Source of the DNA: a virus
Lineage: Duplodnaviria > Caudoviricetes
DNA: 38,924 nt
Virus record (IMG/VR): IMGVR_UViG_3300032257_000049
Coordinates: 1 to 38,924 of that record
Reading direction: 5' to 3' (one strand)
Shown here: positions 25,532-35,180 of the stretch, one piece after another
Position numbering within the stretch: the stretch's first letter is position 1
How the letters are laid out: every line of letters starts with the position of its first letter
The notes under the pieces: model-generated
Told to the model about the DNA's origin: nothing
The model's input: the letters and a program-made list of their open reading frames with translations, nothing else
Database searches by the model: none
Program-made: the position numbers and the translations under genes

Positions 25532-25765
25532 ATGCAATTTAAAGTAATTATTGAAGGTGGTTTTCTACATGGAACCAATAAATTTGAACAGAACAACACG
25601 CATGATTCAGATAATTTTGATGACATGACGGATACTGATGTTGATGCCTATCACAAAGCAGGCTTCATCAGTCTTGATGGTCTGGATGATCAAGCGCCAG
25701 TTGTTACCAATGCCACGCTGTCAATTGACAACGTTTCACAGTCTTCAGACGCAACAATTAAATAG
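25532..25765 (+). CDS. Small acidic protein of the fibre module
   Basis: 77 aa, RBS AAGGGG. Confidence 0.7.
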   Translation: MQFKVIIEGGFLHGTNKFEQNNTHDSDNFDDMTDTDVDAYHKAGFISLDGLDDQAPVVTNATLSIDNVSQSSDATIK

Positions 25766-25776
25766 AAGGTTAAGTC

Positions 25777-26136
25777 ATGGGTAAGAAAATGGACGCGCCA
25801 TTAATTGATGGCGGCTTAACAGCAATATCTGGTTGTACCTTGCTTTCAATTTGTTCAGCGGAACCAGCCAACAAAGCAGCAGTTGCAGGCTTAACGCTGG
25901 CCAGTGTGGTGATTAATGGCACTGATTTTGCTATTGCTAATGGTGATACGTCAGGGCGGAAAGTAACGGTTGCCCAGCAAACGGACATGTCAATAACAGC
26001 ATCAGGCACCGGCAATCATGTAGTGATTGATAACGGCACTGATCTTCATGTTACGACATGCACAAATCAAGTGCTGACATCTGGCGGCACGGTCACGGCA
26101 CCTGCCTATGATCATGAAATTGCAGCCCCTGTTTAA
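25777..26136 (+). CDS. Small beta-rich virion protein (fibre-associated)
   Basis: 119 aa; ANGDTSGRKVTVAQQ motif recurrent beside phage fibre genes. Confidence 0.6.
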   Translation: MGKKMDAPLIDGGLTAISGCTLLSICSAEPANKAAVAGLTLASVVINGTDFAIANGDTSGRKVTVAQQTDMSITASGTGNHVVIDNGTDLHVTTCTNQVLTSGGTVTAPAYDHEIAAPV

Positions 26137-26138
26137 TC

Positions 26139-26516
26139 ATGGCCTTGCCCGTTATAAGCATTGGTGATGACACCGGTAAAACTTACACGGTGTTGCGCGG
26201 TGGTGTAGCTGTACCTATTAATGCCAGTGCCACGGTGCGTGCCGCGATTGTCACCAAAGATAAAAAGCAGCGCATGTCAGTGGTAGTGGAGTTAGTGAAC
26301 ACTGACCCTGGTAATGACTGGGCTAATGGTGTGATCCGTGTAGTTATTCCGGCAGCATCACAAAACACAACAGAGACTGAAGGCGGTGGTGTTAAAAATA
26401 TTGTGTCCGGTGCGGCCATGATAGAGATTGAAATATATGATGAATCACAGTCTCCTGGTAATAAGTTAAACAGCTGGCATGATTCAGTGTTGATTGAAGA
26501 CGCGGCCATTTCTTAA
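26139..26516 (+). CDS. Small Ig-like/adaptor-type virion protein
   Basis: 125 aa beta-rich; IGDD...DWANGVIRVVIPA. Confidence 0.5.
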   Translation: MALPVISIGDDTGKTYTVLRGGVAVPINASATVRAAIVTKDKKQRMSVVVELVNTDPGNDWANGVIRVVIPAASQNTTETEGGGVKNIVSGAAMIEIEIYDESQSPGNKLNSWHDSVLIEDAAIS

Positions 26517-27065
26517 ATGCTGGATTTATCTATTCTGCTAGATACCAGTAGTGCGCGGCAGTATGTCAAAAAGATTCAGAAACAGGTGGTGCCCAAAGCC
26601 ACGGTCCGGTCTATTAACAGGACACTTGATCAGGTGAATGTCAGGGTGGCCCGTATCATCGCCAAAGAAATGGGCATGAAGGTTGGTGCAGTTAAGAAGC
26701 GCCTAAAGAAAATAAAAGCCACTCGCGGCAGGTTTGTTGCAAAGCTTAGACCGCATCATTGGACACCAAATTTAATAGAGTTCGGCGCAAGGTCACTGAA
26801 GAATAAAGGCGTATCACATAAAGCGTGGGGCAACAGACAAAAGACGCGCGGTGCCTTTATTGGTAAAGGCAGAACATCAGGCAAGCGGCTGGTGTATGCC
26901 AGAACGACAGAGAATCGTTATCCTATTAAAGCGCTCTACGGTCCGACACTAAGAAAAACATTTATAGAAGACCGCATCATGAAGGTCATGAAGATGATGG
27001 CAAAGGGTAGGTTCCCGAAAAACTTTAACGCTGACTTCAGGTATTACTTAAGCAAGGTTAAGTAA
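26517..27065 (+). CDS. Lambda gpZ-like minor tail protein
   Basis: Basic; RSINRT...GAFIG...VYAR...RYPIKALYGP. Confidence 0.75.
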   Translation: MLDLSILLDTSSARQYVKKIQKQVVPKATVRSINRTLDQVNVRVARIIAKEMGMKVGAVKKRLKKIKATRGRFVAKLRPHHWTPNLIEFGARSLKNKGVSHKAWGNRQKTRGAFIGKGRTSGKRLVYARTTENRYPIKALYGPTLRKTFIEDRIMKVMKMMAKGRFPKNFNADFRYYLSKVK

Positions 27066-27083
27066 AATTTATTTGTTTTGTTT

Positions 27084-27188
27084 GGGTCCTTACGGGGTAG
27101 TTGCCAACTAGAGGGGGCGCAGCACGCGGTTTTCGTTCAGATTTCCGGCTCTATAGGGGGCTATAGTTATAGTGCTAAGTGGTTGATT
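27084..27188 (+). other. cos site (cosQ, cosN, IHF site in cosB)
   Basis: GGGTCCT at 27084-27090 equals lambda cosQ; 23 nt later GGGGCGCAGCAC-GCGGTTTTCG aligns with lambda GGGCGGCGACCT-CGCGGGTTTTCG; IHF consensus on minus strand 27176-27188. Confidence 0.75.
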
Positions 27189-27294
27189 TATATTGTTTTT
27201 ATATAATCATCAAAACCACTTTTTATATTGGCACATATCTGATTTATTTTTGGTAAAAACTGGATCGTTTTTTTAAGGTGTCTTGTGACTGGCT

Positions 27295-27801
27295 ATGAAT
27301 GAATTTGATTGTCTTAATGAAAAAGCAAACCAGTCTTCATTCGGCAGGTTAGTTGGTATCAGTCAGCCCAGTGTTAAAGAGTTTTTTGATAAAGGTGTTC
27401 TGGGTCCTGATCAAACACTTAAACAATGGCTGCTTGCATACACTAAAAGAATGCGAGACCAAGCCGCTGGCCGTGGCGGTGATGATCAATTTAATTTGTC
27501 AAAAGCACGGGCTGAAGAATCCATTTTAAAAACTGCAAAGCTGCGCCTTGAATACAATCGTGAAATTGGTGTCACGGTTGTAGCTGAAGACGCTGCTGCC
27601 GTGATCACTGACTGGTGTCGTTTTGGCAACCGCGAATATTCACAAGGGATCAATAGACTTGTGTCCGAAATTCAAAATCAATATGGCATCACGATTGATA
27701 ACAAACTGGTAGAAAGCATTGCTGGACCTACAACCGAACGAATCAAAGATCATGCAGAAAAACTTGGCAGTGATCTTGTCTCGCGCGGCGAACACGTTTG
27801 A
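27295..27801 (+). CDS. Terminase small subunit (Nu1-like)
   Basis: N-terminal wHTH QSSFGRLVGISQPSV; coiled coil; overlaps TerL. Confidence 0.85.
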   Translation: MNEFDCLNEKANQSSFGRLVGISQPSVKEFFDKGVLGPDQTLKQWLLAYTKRMRDQAAGRGGDDQFNLSKARAEESILKTAKLRLEYNREIGVTVVAEDAAAVITDWCRFGNREYSQGINRLVSEIQNQYGITIDNKLVESIAGPTTERIKDHAEKLGSDLVSRGEHV

Positions 27802-29788
27802 AAAACCAATTAATGAACCAACCGATGAAATAATAAAGAAAAATTTTAATTTACCTTCGGTGAGTGGCGATATAAACGGGCTGTATGATTTCTACTACAC
27901 GCCGTACTTTTTAGGGGTTGCGGCGGCGTTAGATGATCCTGATGTTCAGGAAGTAGATTTGATGAAAGCCTCTCAAATAGGCTGGACCTACTTTTTAATT
28001 GCTTACATATTTACAAGGATATTAAAAGCGGCCACCGGTAAACAGTGCCCCATCATGATGCTGTTTGCTAAAGAAAAAGACGGCAAGTCTTTTCATGATG
28101 AAAAGCTGGCACCATCCGGTGAAGCTAACCGCTGGCTGAATGAGCTGGTTGACTTTTCAGCCTCAAAAAAGTCAGGCAATAGCTGGTGGTTTAAAAACTT
28201 TGTAAATGGGTTTTTAAAAATCGTGGGTGGTAATTCACCAGGTAATATTAAGTCAACGTCTTCAGTAGCGCTGGGTGTGGTTGAAGAACCGGATGACACT
28301 AGCGTTGACGTGCGTGGTCAGGGTAGCGCGATTGACAGCCTGACAGAACGTCTGAAACGATATATCGGTTCTATGTTAATTGTTGGTGGCACACCAACTG
28401 TTGATGGTGTTTCCATTATTCAGCAACGACTGAAAGTATCAGACGCCAGAGTGCTGCCGATAAAATGCCATGACTGTGGTGGTAAACATGTTTTAGATTT
28501 TAAGTATGTGGAATGGATCGGCAAACACCCTGATGAAAAACTGGATGGTCCGGTTCATGAAGTGTATGGACAAGCCAAACCAGAAAGCGCCATTTATACA
28601 TGCCCTGAATGTGGTTCTGTTTGGGATGATTACCAGCGCCAGAAAAACATTCGTGAAACGTGTTATGAAGCAAAGGCCAGTGGTGATAAAAACTGTGGCT
28701 GGGTTGCCACCAAACCATTCAGTGGCAAAGCTGGTTTTCAAAACTTAGGTGAAGTGTATACCTGTATACCTGGCACCACGATGACTGAAGTGGTTCAGGA
28801 ATATTTAGAAGCTGAATATTTATCTTCAATTGGTGATGAATCAAAACGCATTAAATTCATCAATCAAAAAGAAGGCAAGCCCTATCAATATAAATCTGAT
28901 TCATTAAGCGCTGACGTGCTGCGTGAACGTTGTGAAGATTATCAGGAATTAATTATTCCTGATGGCGGTCTGGCTTTAACGGCTGGTGTTGATATTCAGC
29001 TGGCTGGCCGTATCGCTATAAAAATAAAAGCCTATGGTCGAGGTGAAGAAAGCTGGGTAGTGTATGCCGGTGAAATATACGGTGACGTGACTGACAAAAA
29101 AGATCCTGTCTGGAAAGAATTAGATAAATTTTTATTCACACCGATTGAACATGAAAAAGGTTTTAGATTAACCATTGAAGCCATCAGCATTGATTCATCA
29201 GATGGCCAGACGTCAGACGCGGTTTATCATTATGTAAGAACGCGCCAGCGAAAAGGCGTCAACCTGATGGCCATTAAAGGTTCATCAAATGATTACGGTA
29301 GCAAAGAAATATTCAGCCGCCCACGGTCCATTGAAACCCGTGGCCGTAACAATACCAAAGCTGCTAAAAGCGGGTTGCATGTGTTTATAGTTGGAACACA
29401 CAGAGCCAAAGAATTAATTTCAAGCCGGATAAAGTTAACCGGTAAAGGCCCTGGCCGGATGCATTGGTATACCGGTATTCGTGATGATTACTTTAAGCAG
29501 ATGACCGGCGAGGTTAAAGCGCCCAATAAATTAGGGCGTTTTATTTACCAACAAAAAGCAGGCGTTGCAATTGAATTTTGGGATTGTGAGGTGTATAGCC
29601 TCCATGCATGTCGCGCCAATAAACTGCATATCCGTACTGATGTTCAATGGGATGCATTAGAAGCGAAGTTAAAACAGGGTGATTTATTTCATCAACCTGC
29701 AATCAGGGCCCCAGAAAAAGCAGCTGATATAAAAATAAAAAGCAGTGATAAAAGTTCACTGGCCGAGCTGGGCAGACAGTGGGATTAA
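27752..29788 (+). CDS. Terminase large subunit (GpA family)
   Basis: TPY, KASQIGWT, VEEPD, GGTPT, CHDC/CPEC zinc finger, LTAGVDIQ, IDS, EFWDCEVY. Confidence 0.93.
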   Translation: MQKNLAVILSRAANTFEKPINEPTDEIIKKNFNLPSVSGDINGLYDFYYTPYFLGVAAALDDPDVQEVDLMKASQIGWTYFLIAYIFTRILKAATGKQCPIMMLFAKEKDGKSFHDEKLAPSGEANRWLNELVDFSASKKSGNSWWFKNFVNGFLKIVGGNSPGNIKSTSSVALGVVEEPDDTSVDVRGQGSAIDSLTERLKRYIGSMLIVGGTPTVDGVSIIQQRLKVSDARVLPIKCHDCGGKHVLDFKYVEWIGKHPDEKLDGPVHEVYGQAKPESAIYTCPECGSVWDDYQRQKNIRETCYEAKASGDKNCGWVATKPFSGKAGFQNLGEVYTCIPGTTMTEVVQEYLEAEYLSSIGDESKRIKFINQKEGKPYQYKSDSLSADVLRERCEDYQELIIPDGGLALTAGVDIQLAGRIAIKIKAYGRGEESWVVYAGEIYGDVTDKKDPVWKELDKFLFTPIEHEKGFRLTIEAISIDSSDGQTSDAVYHYVRTRQRKGVNLMAIKGSSNDYGSKEIFSRPRSIETRGRNNTKAAKSGLHVFIVGTHRAKELISSRIKLTGKGPGRMHWYTGIRDDYFKQMTGEVKAPNKLGRFIYQQKAGVAIEFWDCEVYSLHACRANKLHIRTDVQWDALEAKLKQGDLFHQPAIRAPEKAADIKIKSSDKSSLAELGRQWD

Positions 29789-29830
29789 TATTAATTAATC
29801 GTTTTGTTATGTTCTTAAAAGAGGTGATAA

Positions 29831-30016
29831 ATGATCAATAGTTTATTAAAAGCTGCTGTGGGTGTTGCGGTAGATTTGCCGGTCTCAACACTTAAAGACG
29901 TGGCCACGTTGGGCGGTTCGTTGACCGATGATGAAAGCGCGGTTGCTAAAAGCCTGGGAACCATCGGTGATAACTTAGAAAAAGCGGTTGATCCTAAAAC
30001 ACCGTTTACTGAATAA
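29831..30016 (+). CDS. Small hypothetical protein between TerL and gpW
   Basis: 61 aa, strong RBS GAGGTG. Confidence 0.7.
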   Translation: MINSLLKAAVGVAVDLPVSTLKDVATLGGSLTDDESAVAKSLGTIGDNLEKAVDPKTPFTE

Positions 30017-30026
30017 AGGTTTTAAC

Positions 30027-30242
30027 ATGGCAACAGATTGTGCAACAAAACTGACACAAGCTAAAGACGCATTACACGCGCTGTTAATTGGTGAACAAAT
30101 TGTTTCAGTAACTGTTAATGGTCGCGCGACTTCTTACGGACCATCAAACATTTCGATGTTGCGTCGATACATTGCAGAGCTTGAAACTGAATGTGGTAAT
30201 ACCACGAAAGGCCATGCCGGTCCCATTAGTTTTCACGGGTAA
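30027..30242 (+). CDS. gpW head-tail joining protein
   Basis: LTQAKDALHALLIGEQIVSVTVNGRATSY...LRRYIAELE. Confidence 0.9.
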   Translation: MATDCATKLTQAKDALHALLIGEQIVSVTVNGRATSYGPSNISMLRRYIAELETECGNTTKGHAGPISFHG

Positions 30243-32138
30243 ATGATGAAACCAGAAACAACACCACAAATTCTTGATCCGCGCGGAAACCCGATTTCAA
30301 TGAGCGGTTTCCGTGGTGGCCAGACCACCCGTGAAATGTTGAGCTGGAACCCGCCCGTGCGTTCGGCTGATGCTGAATTGTTACCAGACATAAAAGGTTT
30401 AATGGGTCGCGCTTACGATCAACAGCGCAATTCCGCCATGATTTCTGGTGGTCTTCAGATTCATTTAGATAATGTGGTTGGTGCAGGTCTGCGGCTTTCA
30501 TCCAAACCCGATTATAAAGCACTGGGGCAAGATGCAGACTGGGCAGCTGAATGGTCACGCATTGTTGAACGAAAGTTCAGATTATATGCTGATGATCCAG
30601 ATTGTTATATTGACGCAGGCCGTCGCAATACATTTGGCTCGTTAATTGTGCTGGGGTATCTGCAATATAAAACAGCTGGCGCAACACTGGCCACCGCTGA
30701 ATGGTTGCCGGATCGTGCGTGCAAATATTCAACCGCTATACAGATGGTAGATGCCGCGCGCCTTTCAAATCCGCACGGCATGATGGACACCGCGCGTTTG
30801 CGTGGTGGTGTTGAAATGGACCGGATGGGCGCACCTACTGCTTATCATTTCAGATCAGCTTTACAAAGTGATAGCCGCTTTGCCGGTTCTAACACTTACG
30901 ACTGGAAACGTGTTGAACGTGAAACGCGCTGGGGCCGTCAAAAAGTTATTCATTTGTTTGAACAAAAGCGCCCTGGTCAAAGTGTTGGTATTTCCAGCAT
31001 GGCCCCTATCATTGCCAATAGTTTCAAACGTGGCAAGTTGCAAGACGTCAGCATGGATGCCGCCATTCTCAATTCAATGTATGCGGCTATATTAAAAACT
31101 GACATGGATTATGCGCGTGCCGCTGATACGTTGGGTGCTGGTGAAGTGCCGGATTACACAGAAGCGATGCTGAAAAGCGGCAATGAATTTTATGGTGATC
31201 GTGGCGTTCAAATGAACGGCACTAAAGTCTTGCGATTGTTTCCAGGTGATGATTTTTCATTCACCACGTCTGATCACCCAGGCCCAAACTTTGTTGAATT
31301 TGAACGTTCGTTTTTACGTGATCTGGCTGCTGGCTGGAACATGACGTATGAACAACTCGCGCGTGATTACACCCAGACCAATTACAGTGGTGCGCGTGCA
31401 GGCTTGATGGAATCATGGAAACACATGATGGCGCAACGCCAGCTTTCACCGGCAAAGTTAGCGTCATCAATTTTTGCGTTGTGGTTAGAAGAAGCGATTG
31501 ATAAAGGTGAAATTGAATTGCCACCTGGCGCGCCAGATTTTTATGAAGCAAAAGCGGCGTATTGCAAATGCCGCTGGATCGGTCCACCGAAAGGCCAGAT
31601 TGACCCGCTTAAAGAATCCAAAGCTGATGAACTTGAAATGGACATGGGCACGTTAACGTTTGAAGATGCGTGTGCCTCTCGCGGTCTTGACTGGGAAGAA
31701 CAGCTTGAACAGATTGCGCGCGAGACAAAACGTAAAAATGAACTGGGTTTAAGGCGTGCAGATAATCGCGGTTATATGGTGCCTGAAAGTGATGATTCAG
31801 ATGCAGTGGATAGTCAGGTTAATGCGGTTGATGATGAGCCTGAAGATAAAACTGAAAATGAAAATAAATCAGACCCTGATACGATTAAAAAACAGGCTGA
31901 TGCTTACGGCGTTAGTGTTCGCGCTGGGGCATTAACACCGCAACCGGAAGACGAAAAACAATTTAGAAAAAATGCGGGCCTGCCAGAAATGTCAACAGAA
32001 GTACAAGCGTCATGGAAGCAAGCCGGTAACACCCGTCATCCGATTACATTACAAGACGGTAAAACGGTTAAAGCAAATCAGGATATTGCTATTGATAATG
32101 CTGATGGCAATGATGAAGACAAGGAAATTGAATCATGA
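30243..32138 (+). CDS. Portal protein, lambda gpB family, with C-terminal extension
   Basis: NVVGAGL, GGVEMD, HLFEQKRPGQ, NYSGARAGLME, IDPLKE. Confidence 0.93.
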   Translation: MMKPETTPQILDPRGNPISMSGFRGGQTTREMLSWNPPVRSADAELLPDIKGLMGRAYDQQRNSAMISGGLQIHLDNVVGAGLRLSSKPDYKALGQDADWAAEWSRIVERKFRLYADDPDCYIDAGRRNTFGSLIVLGYLQYKTAGATLATAEWLPDRACKYSTAIQMVDAARLSNPHGMMDTARLRGGVEMDRMGAPTAYHFRSALQSDSRFAGSNTYDWKRVERETRWGRQKVIHLFEQKRPGQSVGISSMAPIIANSFKRGKLQDVSMDAAILNSMYAAILKTDMDYARAADTLGAGEVPDYTEAMLKSGNEFYGDRGVQMNGTKVLRLFPGDDFSFTTSDHPGPNFVEFERSFLRDLAAGWNMTYEQLARDYTQTNYSGARAGLMESWKHMMAQRQLSPAKLASSIFALWLEEAIDKGEIELPPGAPDFYEAKAAYCKCRWIGPPKGQIDPLKESKADELEMDMGTLTFEDACASRGLDWEEQLEQIARETKRKNELGLRRADNRGYMVPESDDSDAVDSQVNAVDDEPEDKTENENKSDPDTIKKQADAYGVSVRAGALTPQPEDEKQFRKNAGLPEMSTEVQASWKQAGNTRHPITLQDGKTVKANQDIAIDNADGNDEDKEIES

Positions 32139-32350
32139 GTGAAAAGAAAACAAAGGTCATAAAAAATCAGGTTAAGAAACAATTAAAAATAAACCTGAAA
32201 GAAGTGGCGGTAAGTTTTCAGAATTTGATTTTAAAATTCACATTAAAGAAACGATTGAAAATTGCCTGGGCTATTGTTCAGGGTAAACCGTTTTTAGAAG
32301 GTCTGGATATACCGGAAGAAAAACAAACGTTAAACAATAAAAGCAGCTAA
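32135..32350 (+). CDS. Small basic hypothetical protein
   Basis: 71 aa, start overlaps the portal stop. Confidence 0.55.
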   Translation: MSEKKTKVIKNQVKKQLKINLKEVAVSFQNLILKFTLKKRLKIAWAIVQGKPFLEGLDIPEEKQTLNNKSS

Positions 32351-32366
32351 CAGGCTGCTTTTTTAT
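32341..32366 (+). terminator. Intrinsic terminator before the protease gene
   Basis: AAGCAGCT-AAC-AGGCTGCTTTTTT. Confidence 0.6.
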
Positions 32367-32379
32367 TGGGTGAAAACTT

Positions 32380-33693
32380 ATGTATGAAATGATTTCAGGT
32401 CGTGTATTCAATACGCCGTTATTAATTGAACCGTTCAAACTGGATGCCATCGCCGCCGTTGTCATGGCACGTCAGGGTTTTGATATTGACATGTCGGCCA
32501 ATGATAAAGAAATTGCGGTTTCACCAATGGCATGGAGCATGACTGACAGTGCTGTTTATAGTGACAACGGTTATCACATTGATGAAGGTGTGGCCATCAT
32601 CCAGCTGAACGGTTCAATGGTTCACCGTGGCGGCTTCATGAATGCCATGTCTGGTATCACCAGTTATGACGCTATATCACGTCGTTTTGAACGCGCCATG
32701 AATGACCGAACGGTTAAATCTATTTTAATCATCAGTGATACACCAGGCGGTGAAGTGGCCGGTGCGTTTGACTTGTCCGATAAAATTTATAAGGCACGCG
32801 GCATCAAACCGATTGAAGCCATCAGTGTTGACCGCATGACGTCTGCTGGCATTTTAATTGGTTCATCAGCTGACAATGTTTACACCACCCAAACGGGCAG
32901 TGTCGGTTCAGTCGGTGTGGTCATGAAACATTTAAACATTGCAAAGTGGAATAAAGAAATTGGTCTTGAGCCCACTTATATTTTTGCAGGTGATCATAAG
33001 ATTGATGGCAATCCTGATGAGCCGTTAAGCCCAGAAGTGAAGGCGCGTTTTCAGTCTGAAATAGATAATCTTTATTCAATGTTTGTGAATGTAATTGAAC
33101 GCAACATGGCAATAAATTCTAAATCCATTATTGAAACGCAGGCCGGTGTTTATCTCGGTCAGGACGCGGTTGACATTGGCTTTGCAAAAGCTGTGACCAC
33201 TGCTGATCAATTACTGGAAGATTTAAAAGGCAGGGCGGGTTTCCGTTCTGTTTCATCAACCGTCAATATGGAGAGTGAAACCATGACAGACGAAGTTCAA
33301 GAGCCGGAAAAATCAGCGGCTACCAAAGGGGCAGACACAGCTTCAGCTGCAAGTGAAAGCGCGGCTGTTGATGTTGATGCAAAATGTTCTGAGGCGCGCG
33401 CCGATGAACGACAACGTATTGCAACAATTATGAAAAGTGACGAAGCTGCGGCCCGTTCTTCTTCTGCGTTGCACATGGCTACTGAAACAGACATGGCGGC
33501 TGATGCTGTCATTTCAATGTTAGGTGGTCTGCCGGTGGATGCAAAAGGAACATCAAAACTTGATGCTGCAATGGACACTGAAAAGCAACCTGAAATGGGA
33601 GCTGAATCAGAAGGTGACGCTGATGTGTCAGCGGCGCAACAAATCTTAAACAATCACGCTGCTGTTACCGGCAGAAAAACAGGAGCTAAATAG
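32380..33693 (+). CDS. S49 head maturation protease (gpC) with nested scaffold (Nu3-like, internal ATG 33283)
   Basis: DTPGG, TSAG, GSVGV, GDHK; in-frame internal ATG with RBS GGAGAG. Confidence 0.92.
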   Translation: MYEMISGRVFNTPLLIEPFKLDAIAAVVMARQGFDIDMSANDKEIAVSPMAWSMTDSAVYSDNGYHIDEGVAIIQLNGSMVHRGGFMNAMSGITSYDAISRRFERAMNDRTVKSILIISDTPGGEVAGAFDLSDKIYKARGIKPIEAISVDRMTSAGILIGSSADNVYTTQTGSVGSVGVVMKHLNIAKWNKEIGLEPTYIFAGDHKIDGNPDEPLSPEVKARFQSEIDNLYSMFVNVIERNMAINSKSIIETQAGVYLGQDAVDIGFAKAVTTADQLLEDLKGRAGFRSVSSTVNMESETMTDEVQEPEKSAATKGADTASAASESAAVDVDAKCSEARADERQRIATIMKSDEAAARSSSALHMATETDMAADAVISMLGGLPVDAKGTSKLDAAMDTEKQPEMGAESEGDADVSAAQQILNNHAAVTGRKTGAK

Positions 33694-33695
33694 TC

Positions 33696-34052
33696 ATGAC
33701 AGCTGAATCAACAACAACAGTTTATTCGCCAGACAATTTGATTGCTGGTAACAACCCTGAACCGGCAACGGACGCAGGTACTTTAATCACGGGTCAGAAC
33801 TTGGCGCGTGGTGCTGTTTTGGGTCGTATCACGGCCAGTGGAAAATTCACACTGGCAGTTGATACAGCGGTTGACGGCAGTCAAACACCCGTGGCCATTC
33901 TGGTTCATGACATTGACGCAACCGCAGCTGACAAAGCTTGTCAGGTTTATATTGCGGGCGTGTTCAATAACGATGAACTAACCTGGGATGCAAGCTACAC
34001 AGCAACAGAACAGCTGAGTGAATTTGACGGCACACCAATAGTCACCCGTTAA
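33696..34052 (+). CDS. Head decoration protein (gpD-like)
   Basis: LARGAVLGRITASGK...DGSQTPVAIL...YIAGVFN..LTW. Confidence 0.9.
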   Translation: MTAESTTTVYSPDNLIAGNNPEPATDAGTLITGQNLARGAVLGRITASGKFTLAVDTAVDGSQTPVAILVHDIDATAADKACQVYIAGVFNNDELTWDASYTATEQLSEFDGTPIVTR

Positions 34053-34100
34053 TTGTTTATCACTCACTAACTTTATTTATTAATCTGGGAGTAGAAAAAA

Positions 34101-35105
34101 ATGCCTTACGATACTGAAACGATAGTTGGTGTCATCAATGGAATGGACCCGTTTGAACCGTTCTTATTGGCGATGTTTTTTCCGTCTGTTATTACTTTTG
34201 AAACGTCTGAAATTGATATTGATGTGGTTGCACCTGACACAGGTCTGGCACCATTCGTATCACCTTATGTGGCCGGTAAAGCTGACAAAGCAAAAGGTCA
34301 TTCAACCAACAAATTCAAACCGGCTTATGTCAAACCCAAAGACGTGGTTGATCCAGAGCGCGTTTTAAAGCGTCGCCCTGGTGAAAATGTTTCTGGTGGT
34401 TTAACAGCAGCCCAGCGTCATGACGCTATTGTTGCGGATATTTTTGATAATCAGCGTAAAAAAGTTTTTCGCCGTTTAGAATGGATGGCCGCACAAGCCA
34501 TGCTGACCGGTAAGGTGCTGGTTTCTGGTGAAGATTATCCAACGGTTGAAGTGGATTTTCAGCGCGATGCTGGCAACACCATCACACTGGCGGGTCAGGA
34601 CGTTTGGTCCGATACAGTCAACGCCACACCATTGCAGGATTTGGAAGACTGGAACGCGTTATCAGAAGCGCCTATCACTGATTATGTGATGGACTCATTG
34701 GCGTATACCAAAATGATTGCATTTCCTGAAGTCAAAGAATTGATGGATACACGCCGTGGTTCTGAATCGAATCTTGAAATGGGTCCAGACAATGCACAGT
34801 GGGTTTCCTTTAAGGGTTGGTTGGGTTCATTCCGTATCTGGGTTTATAAGGGTTACTACACTAACAGTGCAGGCGCTAAAACAAACTATATCCCAGACAA
34901 CACGGTGATGGGCGCTTCAGTAGCGGTTGAAGGTGTGCGCGCCTTTGGTGCCATTCTGGATGGTGAAGCCGGTTATCAGGCAATGGAAATGTTCCCTAAA
35001 AACTGGCAGAACCAAGACCCAGCTGTTGAATATGCCATGACGCAATCTGCGCCACTGGCTGTACCTGCACGCCCCAACGCGGTGGTTTCAATTACTGTTG
35101 ATTAA
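34101..35105 (+). CDS. Major capsid protein (lambda gpE family)
   Basis: LAPFVSP, FKPAYVKPK, RRLEWMAAQA, TQSAPL. Confidence 0.95.
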   Translation: MPYDTETIVGVINGMDPFEPFLLAMFFPSVITFETSEIDIDVVAPDTGLAPFVSPYVAGKADKAKGHSTNKFKPAYVKPKDVVDPERVLKRRPGENVSGGLTAAQRHDAIVADIFDNQRKKVFRRLEWMAAQAMLTGKVLVSGEDYPTVEVDFQRDAGNTITLAGQDVWSDTVNATPLQDLEDWNALSEAPITDYVMDSLAYTKMIAFPEVKELMDTRRGSESNLEMGPDNAQWVSFKGWLGSFRIWVYKGYYTNSAGAKTNYIPDNTVMGASVAVEGVRAFGAILDGEAGYQAMEMFPKNWQNQDPAVEYAMTQSAPLAVPARPNAVVSITVD

Positions 35106-35135
35106 TTTTTATTAATTAATTTCATTAACTAAATA

Positions 35136-35167
35136 AAATAAAAACCCGAACGTTCGGGTTTTTATTT
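35136..35167. terminator. Terminator after the capsid gene (perfect 32-bp palindrome)
   Basis: AAATAAAAACCCGAAC|GTTCGGGTTTTTATTT. Confidence 0.85.
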
Positions 35168-35180
35168 GGGAGCAATAAAA

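Noticed and set aside
35136-35167. Perfect palindrome as a protelomerase telRL site
   Set aside because: No protelomerase; the phage has int/attP; position after the capsid gene and flanking A/T tracts fit a terminator
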